The notes: a model not told the origin generated them from the sequence alone. A stretch of DNA of 64,000 nt from an uncultured Planctomycetales bacterium (GCA_964542785.1 CAZIUK010000001.1:69115-133114); one strand, 5' to 3'. Positions 39,675-49,773 are shown, counted from the stretch's first letter. Numbers and translations: made by a program.

Positions 39675-41799
39675 AACAAATTTAAGCAATGCTTTAAACT
39701 TAGTTCGTCAAGCCTTAAAGAGTTCAATAGATAGGTTTGGTTTAGCTAAAAAAGTAAGCCCCCCCGGGACAGATTATTTCCTCCCTTTAATCTACGCTTT
39801 CTTAAAAATTAAAGTTGAGAGTTTAGGCGATTTAAGGGTTATTTTAGAGAAGATAGATAACCAGAGCCATTCTTCTTATCCGCAGGATCATTTAAATGAG
39901 GCGGCTTTATTCCTCTTATGTCAGGAGGTATTGGCTTTTTTAGAAGAATTGAATAAGGGTTTTTCTTTAAGGGGAACGGGTTTCATACCGGATATTACTT
40001 TACGTAATTTGGCTATCAGAATTATAGATGGGCGCATATCCGGAGTAGGGGTTATCTTTGGGGAAGTTAAGAGGAAGGATTTAGTTTTAGATATTATACG
40101 GGAATTATATTCAAAAGGTATTTTATCTTTGATTGTCGGAAGCATAAGCAGAAAAGATTTATTTTGCCGGTTTAAAAAAAATAATTTAAAGGAGAATTTT
40201 GAAAATCTCGTCTTTTTTTTAGGCGAGGATTTTTATTCTGTAATACATGCTTTTAATTTTATTATAAGAATTCCGTGGATTTACGGCAATCTTTCTCCGT
40301 GGGAATTAAGCAGGGTAAAGGATTATATACGCAAGCATATTCCGTTGTTTGCCCTCTTTCTGGGCGAGGGCAAAGAGCCTGATTTAGGGCTATTATCGGC
40401 TTGTACGGTATTTGATTTACCGCTGATAAGCGATTCAGCTTTAAGTAACCAAGAAAGATTAGGGCCATATTTGCCTCCTACTATTTTAATCCAACCGGAT
40501 TATAAAAAAATGCCTCTTCAATGTATGCAGTTTAGTTCCTTGAAGGCAAAAGGACTGTCTTTAGATTTTCCTCTTCCTTATTCTGACCTTTTTGAAGGTG
40601 AGAGAGTGGGGGAAGATGATTTGGGTTTTAAGTTTGGGGGAGCAGAAGGGGCTTCTTTTGAGCTTTTAACCTCTTGTAAGGAGAGTGAATTAGAGGATGG
40701 CGTTATTGAATTATACGGCCCTGATATCGATAAAGATTTACTAGGGAGGAAGGATTTGTCTTTGGCTTTGATTGTGGATGTCTATGGAAATAAGATAGAA
40801 AAGGATTTTGAGCCTGTGCTGGAGCGTCAGATACATAGATTTATCAACTATGCTTTTGGCTTAGAGCATCAGGGGCAGAGGGATATGAATTCTTTTAGAA
40901 TAAGCTATAAGGCCTTCTTAAAAGGGTTTAGGTTAAGGCACTTAGGTTTGATTGTATATTCTATGCTTCATAAGGAGTATAAAGGCATCATAGAGAAAGC
41001 CAGGGTAAGGCTTTATACTCGGAAAGAGGATGTCCGGGATAAACTTACCATGGCAAGAAGGGTTTTTTCTGAAAGGGATGAGCGTTTAAACGGACTCTTA
41101 GATGAAGAGGTGGATAATTATTACTCCTGTTCTATTTGTCAATCTGTCTCTCCTAATCATATTTGTATTATATCCCCACAGCGTCCGGGGATGTGCGGAG
41201 CATACTCTTGGTTAGATGCTAAAGTATCGTCTGAGGTTGTTCCTTATGGTTGGAATAACCCCATTCCTAAGGAAAGGGCCCTAAATAGTTCTTTGGGGCA
41301 ATGGGAGGGTGTTAATAAGTTTATTGCGGACAAAACAAATAGCATTATAAAAGAAGCAAGCCTTTACTCTATTACGCATACTCCTTTGTCAACGTCAGGA
41401 TTATTTGAATGTGTTCTTGCGGTTCTTCCGGAAACAAACGGGGTGATTGCAGTAGATAGGAATTATACTGGGATGACTCCTCTGGGGATGGATTTTTCTA
41501 CCCTTTCTGATTTAGCTAAAAGCATTCCTCCTAACCCAGGGTTTATGGGTATATCGAGAAAATATATATTAAGCGGTAAATTTATTTTAGCAGAAGGAGG
41601 GTTAAGGCGTTTGGTGTGGGTATCTAAGGAACTAAAGCTATTGCTTGGAAAGAGCTTAAGAAAAATAGCTTATGACATAGGCGAGCCTACCCTATTAGAA
41701 AAGATTGCTGACGAAGATATCGCCTCTACCCTTAAACCCCTATTAGATTTTCTTAGGAAGGTTAAACACCCGGCTCTTTATATGAGCCTTTTATTATAA
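39646..41799 (+). CDS. acetyl-CoA synthase (AcsB/CdhC) homologue that keeps the [4Fe-4S] Cys quartet but lacks the Ni-binding Cys-Gly-Cys motif
   Basis: 717 aa. C-terminal third carries ACS blocks (VLERQIHRFINYAFGLEHQGQRD, YSCSICQSVSPNHICIISPQRPGMCGAYSWLDAK, GMTPLGMDFSTLSDL, PGFMGISRKYILSGKFILAEGGLRRLVWVSKELK, KIADEDIAST...HPALYM). Cys495/498/507/517 have C-x2-C-x8-C-x9-C spacing. At residues 584-586, 67 residues after the fourth Cys, the sequence is S-G-L (nt 41395..41403) where canonical ACS has C-G-C. Confidence 0.7.
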   Translation: MLVESLQASETNLSNALNLVRQALKSSIDRFGLAKKVSPPGTDYFLPLIYAFLKIKVESLGDLRVILEKIDNQSHSSYPQDHLNEAALFLLCQEVLAFLEELNKGFSLRGTGFIPDITLRNLAIRIIDGRISGVGVIFGEVKRKDLVLDIIRELYSKGILSLIVGSISRKDLFCRFKKNNLKENFENLVFFLGEDFYSVIHAFNFIIRIPWIYGNLSPWELSRVKDYIRKHIPLFALFLGEGKEPDLGLLSACTVFDLPLISDSALSNQERLGPYLPPTILIQPDYKKMPLQCMQFSSLKAKGLSLDFPLPYSDLFEGERVGEDDLGFKFGGAEGASFELLTSCKESELEDGVIELYGPDIDKDLLGRKDLSLALIVDVYGNKIEKDFEPVLERQIHRFINYAFGLEHQGQRDMNSFRISYKAFLKGFRLRHLGLIVYSMLHKEYKGIIEKARVRLYTRKEDVRDKLTMARRVFSERDERLNGLLDEEVDNYYSCSICQSVSPNHICIISPQRPGMCGAYSWLDAKVSSEVVPYGWNNPIPKERALNSSLGQWEGVNKFIADKTNSIIKEASLYSITHTPLSTSGLFECVLAVLPETNGVIAVDRNYTGMTPLGMDFSTLSDLAKSIPPNPGFMGISRKYILSGKFILAEGGLRRLVWVSKELKLLLGKSLRKIAYDIGEPTLLEKIADEDIASTLKPLLDFLRKVKHPALYMSLLL

Positions 41800-41822
41800 T
41801 TTATATTATTCTAATTTTTCTC

Positions 41823-41866
41823 TTGACGTATATGTTTTCTTTTATATAATAAAAGAAAACATATAC
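41823..41866 (+). promoter_or_regulatory. perfect 18-bp-stem palindrome overlapping a sigma70-like promoter (candidate operator/promoter; weak candidate terminator)
   Basis: TTGACG (41823-41828), 16 nt, TATAAT (41845-41850). Inverted repeat GTATATGTTTTCTTTTAT / ATAAAAGAAAACATATAC (41828-41845 and 41849-41866) with a 3-nt loop. No following T-run. Confidence 0.5.
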
Positions 41867-41890
41867 CAACCTTTATTCTTCAAGAAAAGC

Positions 41891-42631
41891 TTGAAAAAAG
41901 CAATTTTAATTTTAATTTTAGGTTTATTTTTATTTGCCCGGGGTTCTTTTGCTTCTTCTCAAGAAGCCATACTCTTAGGTAAACAGGGAGATTTGACTCT
42001 CCTAGAGGCTCAGGCACGTGAATACCGCCAAGAGGGCTTAAAGGCGCAAGATGCAGGTGACTTAGATACGGCAATGAAGATATATCAGAAGGCAATAGAA
42101 GTGGATCCCCTTTATGCAGTAGCATATAATGATTTAGGCGTAGTTTATGAAGCTAAGGGCATGACAAATAGGGCTGAAGAGAGTTATCTTAAGGCCTTAA
42201 AATTAGATCCGTATTATTTAAGTTCCTATACTAATTTAGCCTTTTTATACGAGGAGAGAAGGGAATTCGGCAAGGCTGCTTATTGTTGGAAGAAGCGTTC
42301 AGAATTAGGAGATTTTAACGACCCTTGGACAAAGAAGGCCCAAAAGCGTTTTGAGGATATACGCTTAAGTTTTTCTCAAAATCCGGTAAAAGATTTTAAA
42401 GAACAGGAAATCTTGAAACTAACAAAAGATATCTCTAATGAAAAGTATATATTAAGGCATAATGACAGAGCGCTCTCCCGTAAGCATTTTGAAAATGCCA
42501 AGGCTAGTTATGCAAAAAGCAATTATGCCAAAGCTGTAAAAGAAGCTTTGGATGCCCAGTATTTGGATCCTGAGGATAAGGATATAATGGAGTTTATAGA
42601 AAAGGTTCAGCGCAGGGCATTATCAGAATAG
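41891..42631 (+). CDS. secreted tetratricopeptide-repeat (TPR) protein
   Basis: Signal peptide (ILILILGLFLFARGSFASS). At least three TPR units (AMKIYQKAIEVDPLYAVAYNDLGVVYEAKG..., EESYLKALKLDPYY...). TTG start in the track, so the true start is uncertain. Confidence 0.6.
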   Translation: MKKAILILILGLFLFARGSFASSQEAILLGKQGDLTLLEAQAREYRQEGLKAQDAGDLDTAMKIYQKAIEVDPLYAVAYNDLGVVYEAKGMTNRAEESYLKALKLDPYYLSSYTNLAFLYEERREFGKAAYCWKKRSELGDFNDPWTKKAQKRFEDIRLSFSQNPVKDFKEQEILKLTKDISNEKYILRHNDRALSRKHFENAKASYAKSNYAKAVKEALDAQYLDPEDKDIMEFIEKVQRRALSE

Positions 42632-42681
42632 AGGCCACTTAAGAAAACTTCCTACCAAATTGATTTCCATATTTTTTATTA

Positions 42682-45219
42682 ATGCCTGTTAAAAGATTAT
42701 ATTTATTGGATGCTACATCTTTTTGCTATAGGGCTTTTTATGCAGTCAGGAATTTAAGCACCTCCTGCGGACAACCGACCGGGGCTATTTATGGATTTAT
42801 AAATATTATAAATAAGATACTTAAGGAAGGGCGTCCTGATTATTTAGCCGTATGTTTTGATGTTTCTGGCGATACCTTCAGGTCGCGTAAATTTGCGGAT
42901 TATAAGATACAGCGGCCAAAAATGCCAGATGAATTAGCCAGCCAGATCCCTTTGATTAAAGAGATTGTTTTAAGTTTTGGTTTTAAGATTGTAGAAGAGG
43001 AAGGGCTTGAGGCAGACGATATTATCGCAAGTATAGCCAAGCAAGCGGCTTCTAATGGTTTTTCTGTTACCATAGTAAGCTCGGATAAAGACATGCTACA
43101 GTTAGTAAGCGATGATATTTTAGTCTTAAATCCTTATAAGGGTTTAGGCGTACTTTATGATAAAAAAGAGGTTACCCGGAACTTCGGGATTTTGCCCGAG
43201 CAGATCCCGGACTTGTTAAGTTTGGCAGGAGACGATGCGGATAATATTCCGGGGGTTCCGGGGGTAGGGGAAAAAACCGCGGTAAAGTTAATCCTTCAGT
43301 TCGGTTCCTTGGAGAATATCTTAAACCGTCTTTCAGAGATAGAAAGCGAAAAGATCCAAAGAGCAATTAAAGAGAATATTGATAGGGTTAGGTTAAATAA
43401 AGAGCTTATATTTTTATCTGGGGATTTAAAGTCAGGCTTGGATTTAGAGGCGTTTAAAATAAAAGAGCCGGATTTAGGGAAGTTGTCCGCCTTGTTTAAA
43501 AGGTTAGAGTTTAAAAAATTTCTCTCAACAATTAAGTCCAAAGAGAATATTGCTAATTCTTGCCAAGTGGAAGAATACAAAGATATAGAGTCAGGTAAAG
43601 TTTTAAAGGGTAATAGGGAGTTATTTATATCCGCAGATGATGACGCTAACCTTTTTATTTATATCCAGGGCAAAAAAATGCTCCTTTCTGAAGTAGGTCC
43701 TAACCTTAAAAAGATATTATCTGAACCGAAGGTCAAAAAGATAGGGCATAATTTAAAGAAGGTAAAAGTTGTATTAGGCAGAAGGGGTGTGGCAGTTAAC
43801 GGGATTTCTTTTGACCTTAAGGTTGCTGCTTATCTTTTGAACCCTTCAAAGCCGGATTATAGTTTAGATAGTATAGCGTTTGAGTTTATAGGTGCTGATG
43901 CTTCAATAGAAACACTAAGCCGGCATAAAGAAGCTCATCTGATAAAGATGCTTGTGCCTGCGCTAGAAAAAGAGCTAAAAGATAAAGGGCTTTTTAAGTT
44001 GTTTAAGGAAGTAGAGATGCCGTTGGTTGATGTTTTAGCAGGGATGGAGATTTACGGCGTAAGGCTAGATTTAAAATTACTGGCTTCTTTATCCAAAGAA
44101 TTGGATAAAAAACTTAAATATTTAATGCGCGATATCTATAAGCTAAGCGATGCTAAGTTTAATATTAATTCTCCTAAGCAGTTAAGTAATATTTTATTTG
44201 AAAAGCTTAATCTTCCGGTTATAAAACGTACAAAAACAGGGCCTTCTACGGATGAAGAGGTTTTAAGCAAATTAGCCAAAGAGCATAAATTGCCCGGGGT
44301 ATTATTAGAATATCGGCAGTTGACTAAACTAAAGACTACTTATATTGACCCCTTGCCTTTATTGGTGGATAGTAAAACAGGAAGGCTGCATGCCTCTTTT
44401 AACCAATGCGTCACAGAGACAGGCAGGTTAAGTTCCAGCAACCCAAACTTACAGAATATCCCGATAAGGACTCAGATAGGAGGTAATATTAGACGTAGCA
44501 TAACTGCTTCAGATAAAGATAGCCTGCTTTTCTCCTGTGATTATTCACAGATAGAGTTAAGGGTGCTTGCCCATCTTTCTAAAGATAGCAATCTTATTGG
44601 GGCCTTTAGGAGTAACAAAGATGTCCATAAGATTACCGCTGGTTTAATCTATGGGGTAGAAGAAAAAGATATAACGGAAGAGATGCGCAATACCGCTAAG
44701 AGGGTAAATTTCGGTATTCTTTACGGGCTTACATCTTTTGGCTTAAGCCGTGATTTGAATATTTCCATAGATGAAGCGCAGGCTTTTATAGATGCGTATT
44801 TTTTAAGATATCCTAAAGTTAAAGATTATATAGAAGAAGAAATAAATAGAGCTGAAGAAAAAGGGTTTGTTACTACTATTTTAGGCAGAAGAAGGTATAT
44901 TCCGCAGATTCACAGTAAAAACATTGCGCTCCGTCAGTTTGCCCGGCGTCAGGCGGTTAATACCCCTATACAGGGCTCTGCCTCGGATTTAATTAAATTG
45001 GCTATGGTCAATATCCAAGAGGTTCTAACAAAGAAATCTTTTAAGGCTAGGTTAGTTTTACAGGTGCACGATGAGCTATTATTTGATTTGCCTAAAGAGG
45101 AATTGCCTTCCTTGCTTCCTTTGGTACGGGATAAGATGGAGAATGCATTAGAGTTGGATGTCCCTGTGGTGATTGATATGAAACAGGGGGGTAATTGGCT
45201 TAAGATGGAGAGTATATGA
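42682..45219 (+). CDS. polA: DNA polymerase I
   Basis: 5'-3' exonuclease/FEN N-domain (LLDATSFCYRAFYA). Pol A motifs (DYSQIELR motif A, RRQAVNTPIQGSASD motif B, VHDELLFD motif C). 845 aa. Confidence 0.93.
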   Translation: MPVKRLYLLDATSFCYRAFYAVRNLSTSCGQPTGAIYGFINIINKILKEGRPDYLAVCFDVSGDTFRSRKFADYKIQRPKMPDELASQIPLIKEIVLSFGFKIVEEEGLEADDIIASIAKQAASNGFSVTIVSSDKDMLQLVSDDILVLNPYKGLGVLYDKKEVTRNFGILPEQIPDLLSLAGDDADNIPGVPGVGEKTAVKLILQFGSLENILNRLSEIESEKIQRAIKENIDRVRLNKELIFLSGDLKSGLDLEAFKIKEPDLGKLSALFKRLEFKKFLSTIKSKENIANSCQVEEYKDIESGKVLKGNRELFISADDDANLFIYIQGKKMLLSEVGPNLKKILSEPKVKKIGHNLKKVKVVLGRRGVAVNGISFDLKVAAYLLNPSKPDYSLDSIAFEFIGADASIETLSRHKEAHLIKMLVPALEKELKDKGLFKLFKEVEMPLVDVLAGMEIYGVRLDLKLLASLSKELDKKLKYLMRDIYKLSDAKFNINSPKQLSNILFEKLNLPVIKRTKTGPSTDEEVLSKLAKEHKLPGVLLEYRQLTKLKTTYIDPLPLLVDSKTGRLHASFNQCVTETGRLSSSNPNLQNIPIRTQIGGNIRRSITASDKDSLLFSCDYSQIELRVLAHLSKDSNLIGAFRSNKDVHKITAGLIYGVEEKDITEEMRNTAKRVNFGILYGLTSFGLSRDLNISIDEAQAFIDAYFLRYPKVKDYIEEEINRAEEKGFVTTILGRRRYIPQIHSKNIALRQFARRQAVNTPIQGSASDLIKLAMVNIQEVLTKKSFKARLVLQVHDELLFDLPKEELPSLLPLVRDKMENALELDVPVVIDMKQGGNWLKMESI

Positions 45220-46604
45220 AGATAGCGATTTGTGTTTCCGAGGTTGTGCCGTTTGCTAAGACTGGAGGCTTAGCAGATGTAGCTGCATCTTTGCCAGTTG
45301 CTCTTCAAAAGCAAGGGCATGAAGCCGTTATAATAATGCCGGGGTATCAACAGATAGAGGCAAAAAAATTTAAGGTTAAAAGGCTTAAAGGCAATGTTTC
45401 ATATTGTTTTACCAAGGATAATATAAGAGTTTATTTTATAGAAAGTCAGGAGTATTTTAATCGCAAGGGTTTATATCAAGATGAGTTTGGGGATTACAGG
45501 GATAATTTAGAGCGCTTTGCTTTTTATTGCCGCAGGGCCTTATCTTTATTAAAAGAGGTTAATTTTCCTTGCGATATTATTCACTTGCATGACTGGCAGG
45601 CTTCTTTAATCCCGGCGTATCTTAAGTCTATTTATTCAAAGGATAAGTTTTATAGCAATATGCGTACGGTTTTGACTATACATAATATAGGTTATCAGGG
45701 GATCTTTCCAAAGGAGAAATTCCCAAAGCTTAATCTCGGTTGGGAGATGTTTAATATCGAAGGTTTTGAGTTTTATGACAATATCAATCTTTTAAAAGGT
45801 GGGATAGCCTTCTCTGACATTATAAATACCGTAAGCCCTAATCATGCAAAAGAGATAACTACTCCTGAATTTGGGTTTGGACTGGAGGGGTTATTAAATA
45901 AACGTAGCCGTTATCTATACGGCATCTTAAATGGATTAGATTATGATATTTGGGACCCTCAAAAAGATAAGCATATCGCTTATAATTACTCTTTGTTTAA
46001 GCCTGAAAATAAGCGGCTTAATAAAATTGCCCTTCAGAGGGATTGCGGTTTGCCTATTTTAGAAGATGCCCCATTATTCGGTATCGTCTCTAGGCTCGTA
46101 GAGCAGAAGGGTTTTGATATCCTTTTAGAGGCAATTGAGGATATATGCAAGACGGGCTCTCAGTTAGTGATTTTAGGCAGAGGAGATGCCAAATATGAAA
46201 ATCTGCTTAAAAGATATATGGAGAGGTTTCCTGATAACCTATCTTTTAATATAGGCTTTGATGAACCTTTAGCGCATAAGATTTATGCAGGCTCGGATTT
46301 CTTTTTAATGCCCTCTAAGTATGAGCCATGCGGTTTAGGCCAGATGATTGCCTTAAGGTATGGAGCGATTCCGGTTGTTTATAAGACCGGGGGGTTAGTT
46401 GATACGGTAAATAGTAAAAATGGCTTTCTCTTTTCTTCCCATAATAAAGATAACCTCTTGAGGGCAATAAAAAAAGCAGTTTCTTTATTTACGAATAAGG
46501 ATAAGCTTAAGGCTGTTATCCTTTCTGCTATGAAATATGATTTTTCCTGGCATAAGACTATTAAAGAGTATATAAAGCTATATGAAAAAGCAAGGGTTAA
46601 ATAA
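45216..46604 (+). CDS. glgA: glycogen synthase (ADP-glucose type, GT5)
   Basis: N-terminal KIAICVSEVVPFAKTGGLADV with the KTGGL motif. 462 aa. Confidence 0.9.
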   Translation: MKIAICVSEVVPFAKTGGLADVAASLPVALQKQGHEAVIIMPGYQQIEAKKFKVKRLKGNVSYCFTKDNIRVYFIESQEYFNRKGLYQDEFGDYRDNLERFAFYCRRALSLLKEVNFPCDIIHLHDWQASLIPAYLKSIYSKDKFYSNMRTVLTIHNIGYQGIFPKEKFPKLNLGWEMFNIEGFEFYDNINLLKGGIAFSDIINTVSPNHAKEITTPEFGFGLEGLLNKRSRYLYGILNGLDYDIWDPQKDKHIAYNYSLFKPENKRLNKIALQRDCGLPILEDAPLFGIVSRLVEQKGFDILLEAIEDICKTGSQLVILGRGDAKYENLLKRYMERFPDNLSFNIGFDEPLAHKIYAGSDFFLMPSKYEPCGLGQMIALRYGAIPVVYKTGGLVDTVNSKNGFLFSSHNKDNLLRAIKKAVSLFTNKDKLKAVILSAMKYDFSWHKTIKEYIKLYEKARVK

Positions 46605-47214
46605 AAAAATTGTGATTGGGGTAACAGGGGTATTTGGGAGCGGAAAGAGTACGGTCTCGCGCTTCTTAAAAGCCTTTGGCTTAAAAATTATAGATGTGGA
46701 TAAGATAGCCCATAGATACCTTTTGCCTAATTCTGATACATATAAGGCGATAGTCAATTTTTTTGGAAAAGGGATATTAGGTTCTAAGCGTTGCATAAAC
46801 CGTAAAAAACTAGGCAAGGTAGTTTTTTCTAACCGTAGGTTGCTTAAAAAATTAAATAGCATTATGCACCCTAGCATAATCAAAGATATTAAACTTAGGT
46901 TAAATAAGGTAAAAAGCGGTATTGTTGTTTTAGATGCGCCTTTATTGCTGGAGGCAGGGTTAAGGAATATAGTTGATAGTTTAATTGTAGTTATAATTGA
47001 TAGGGATGAGCATGTCAGGAGGATGATAAGAAAAAGACGCCTTAAAAAAATAGAGATTGTAAAACGTATAAAAACGCAGATTCCGATACGGCATAAAGCG
47101 CATGTAGCGGACTTTATTATAGATAATAGCGGTTCATTTAGTAATACAAAAAAACAGGTAAAATCAATATTAGAAAAAATTCAAGGAGGAAGCAGTGGAA
47201 AAGCTGGAGATTAA
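46582..47214 (+). CDS. coaE: dephospho-CoA kinase
   Basis: P-loop [15 protein letters not shown]. About 200 aa. Start is ambiguous between the ATG at 46582 (overlapping glgA) and the GTG at 46609. Confidence 0.85.
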   Translation: MKKQGLNKKIVIGVTGVFGSGKSTVSRFLKAFGLKIIDVDKIAHRYLLPNSDTYKAIVNFFGKGILGSKRCINRKKLGKVVFSNRRLLKKLNSIMHPSIIKDIKLRLNKVKSGIVVLDAPLLLEAGLRNIVDSLIVVIIDRDEHVRRMIRKRRLKKIEIVKRIKTQIPIRHKAHVADFIIDNSGSFSNTKKQVKSILEKIQGGSSGKAGD

Positions 47215-48451
47215 GCGTTTAAAGGAGATGAAGATAAGCGAGCTTAATAAGCTTGCAAAGGAGCTGAATGCTAACGGTGCAAGCGGGCTTAAGAAACAGG
47301 AGCTGATTTTTAAAATTTTGCAGGCTCAGGCAGAAAAAGAGGGGCTTATGTTTGGAGAGGGGGTCTTAGAGATTCTTCCGGAAGGGTTTGGTTTTTTAAG
47401 GAGTCCTAATTATAATTATTTGCCCTGTCCCGATGATATTTATATATCGCCTTCGCAGATAAGAAAGTTTGATTTAAGGACCGGGGATACTGTCTCAGGG
47501 CAGATACGCCCTCCAAAAGAAGGAGAGAAGTATTTCGCCCTGCTTAAGGTAGAGGCGGTTAATTTTGAGAACCCTGAAGAGTTAAAAGAGAAAGTCCTTT
47601 TTGATAACCTTACTCCGGTATATCCGCGCCATCCCTTTGGCCTTGAGACTAAGCCCGAAGAGATATCCATGCGGATTATGAACCTCTTGGCCCCGATAGG
47701 TAAGGGCCAACGCGGGTTGATAGTTGCCCAGCCTTACAGCGGCAAAACCGTACTTTTACAGAAAATAGCAAATGCGATTACTACAAATAATCCGGATGTT
47801 ATTTTGATTGTTCTTTTAATAGATGAAAGGCCTGAAGAGGTAACGGATATGCAGCGTCATGTAAAAGGAGAGGTGATATCTTCTACTTTTGATGAGCCGC
47901 CTGAAAGGCATATACAGGTAGCTGAGATCGTTTTAGAGAAGGCTAAAAGGCTTGTTGAACATAAGCGGGATGTGGTAATATTATTAGATAGCATTACCCG
48001 GCTTGCGCGCGCCTATAATTCCGTTGTGCCACATAGCGGGAAAGTCCTCTCCGGGGGGATTGACTCTAATGCCCTGCAGAAGCCTAAGAGGTTCTTTGGC
48101 GCGGCCCGGGCAGTTGAAGAGGGGGGGAGCTTGACAATTATAGCTACCGCCTTAGTTGATACAGGAAGTCGTATGGATGAAGTAATATTCGAGGAGTTTA
48201 AGGGTACCGGGAATATGGAGACGCAGTTGGATAGAAATTTATTTCAACGTAGGATTTATCCGGCTATAGATATTAAACGCTCCAATACCCGCCATGAAGA
48301 ACTTTTAACCAAGCCTGAAGTTCTTCAGAAGACTTGGATTTTAAGGAAGGTTTTAAATGAATTAAGCAATGTAGAGGCGATGGAGCTTTTAATTGAAAAA
48401 TTAAGCAAGACAAAGAATAATGAAGAATTTTTAAATAGTATGAACCAGTAA
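47195..48451 (+). CDS. rho: transcription termination factor Rho
   Basis: N-terminal RNA-binding/CSD region. Walker [12 protein letters not shown]- and R-loop region. GTG start preceded by AGGAGG. 418 aa. Confidence 0.93.
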   Translation: MEKLEIKRLKEMKISELNKLAKELNANGASGLKKQELIFKILQAQAEKEGLMFGEGVLEILPEGFGFLRSPNYNYLPCPDDIYISPSQIRKFDLRTGDTVSGQIRPPKEGEKYFALLKVEAVNFENPEELKEKVLFDNLTPVYPRHPFGLETKPEEISMRIMNLLAPIGKGQRGLIVAQPYSGKTVLLQKIANAITTNNPDVILIVLLIDERPEEVTDMQRHVKGEVISSTFDEPPERHIQVAEIVLEKAKRLVEHKRDVVILLDSITRLARAYNSVVPHSGKVLSGGIDSNALQKPKRFFGAARAVEEGGSLTIIATALVDTGSRMDEVIFEEFKGTGNMETQLDRNLFQRRIYPAIDIKRSNTRHEELLTKPEVLQKTWILRKVLNELSNVEAMELLIEKLSKTKNNEEFLNSMNQ

Positions 48452-48488
48452 TCGATAATCTATGAACGGAAAGAAGGAGGAGTAAGAG

Positions 48489-48689
48489 ATGAAGGATAAA
48501 ATACATCCTAACTATAAAGAATCTACCATAGTTTGCGCTTGTGGCGAGACCATACATACCCGCTCCACGCGCCCGAGTATCAGGGTAGAGATCTGCTCTA
48601 AATGCCATCCATTTTTTACAGGAAAACAGAAGTTTGTGGATTCTGCTGGCAGAGTAGATAAGTTTATTAAGAAATACGGTAAAAGATAA
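48489..48689 (+). CDS. rpmE: 50S ribosomal protein L31 (zinc-ribbon type)
   Basis: 66 aa. KIHPNY...CACGE...[10 protein letters not shown]. Confidence 0.9.
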   Translation: MKDKIHPNYKESTIVCACGETIHTRSTRPSIRVEICSKCHPFFTGKQKFVDSAGRVDKFIKKYGKR

Positions 48690-48717
48690 TCCCAAGCTCA
48701 TCTGATATAGCTAAGAG

Positions 48718-49773
48718 ATGATAGATAAGTTAGAAAAACTTGAGGCCCGTTATATAGAGTTAGAAGCGCTTTTAGTTTCTAAAGAAGTTCTCTCTGACCG
48801 CTTGCAGTCTAATAGAATAGCCAAAGAGTTATCCGGGATAAGAGAGCCGGTTAATCTATTCCGCGAGTATAAGAGATTGATAAAAGAATCATCCGAACTT
48901 GAAGCAGTGTTAAAAGAAAAACACGATAGCGATTTTGTAGAGTTAGTAAAGAAGGAGCTTGGTGAGTTAAAGAGTAAAGAAGGTAAGATAAAGGAGAAGA
49001 TAGAGTTACTCCTTACCGAGGAAGATAAGGACGCCGGGCGTGATATTATCGTAGAAATAAGGCAGGGGACAGGAGGGGATGAGGCAGGGTTATTTGCCGC
49101 TGACCTTTACCGTATGTATACTAAGTATGCAGAGAGTAAGGGTTGGGTTATCGAACTTATCTCTATCTCTAGTAATGAATCAGGAGGGGTTAAAGAGGTC
49201 TCTTTTGGTGTAAAAGGCAAAGATGTCTATAAGAGGCTAAAATTTGAAAGCGGCGTTCATAGGGTCCAACGTGTTCCGGTAACTGAAGCACAAGGCAGGA
49301 TACATACCTCTACTGCGACCGTAGTAGTTTTAGTAGAACCTGAAGAGGTGGATTTAGTTATTTCTTCGGATGATCTAAGAATAGATACCTACCGTTCAAG
49401 CGGCCCCGGCGGGCAACATATGCAAAAGACAGATTCTGCGGTGAGAATTACGCATATTCCTACAGGTGTTGTGGTTGCTTGTCAAGATGAAAGGTCACAG
49501 GCTAAGAATAAGGCTAAGGCGATGAGGGTCTTAAGGGCTAAATTATTGGATGCTAAAAGAGAAGCAGAGTCAAAGAAGTTATCGCAGGAGCGTAAAAGCC
49601 AGATAGGTTCCGGGGATAGGAGTGAAAAGATACGCACTTATAATTTTCCTGACCGGCGCGTTACAGACCACCGTATAAATTTTACTACCCATGCCTTAGA
49701 GTCAGTCTTAGACGGTGAATTTGACGAGATTTCAGAAGCCTTAATCAAGGCTTCAAAAGAAAAAGAAGAATAG
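48718..49773 (+). CDS. prfA: peptide chain release factor 1
   Basis: PVT tripeptide motif (RVPVTEAQG) and GGQ motif ([11 protein letters not shown]). 351 aa. Confidence 0.93.
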   Translation: MIDKLEKLEARYIELEALLVSKEVLSDRLQSNRIAKELSGIREPVNLFREYKRLIKESSELEAVLKEKHDSDFVELVKKELGELKSKEGKIKEKIELLLTEEDKDAGRDIIVEIRQGTGGDEAGLFAADLYRMYTKYAESKGWVIELISISSNESGGVKEVSFGVKGKDVYKRLKFESGVHRVQRVPVTEAQGRIHTSTATVVVLVEPEEVDLVISSDDLRIDTYRSSGPGGQHMQKTDSAVRITHIPTGVVVACQDERSQAKNKAKAMRVLRAKLLDAKREAESKKLSQERKSQIGSGDRSEKIRTYNFPDRRVTDHRINFTTHALESVLDGEFDEISEALIKASKEKEE

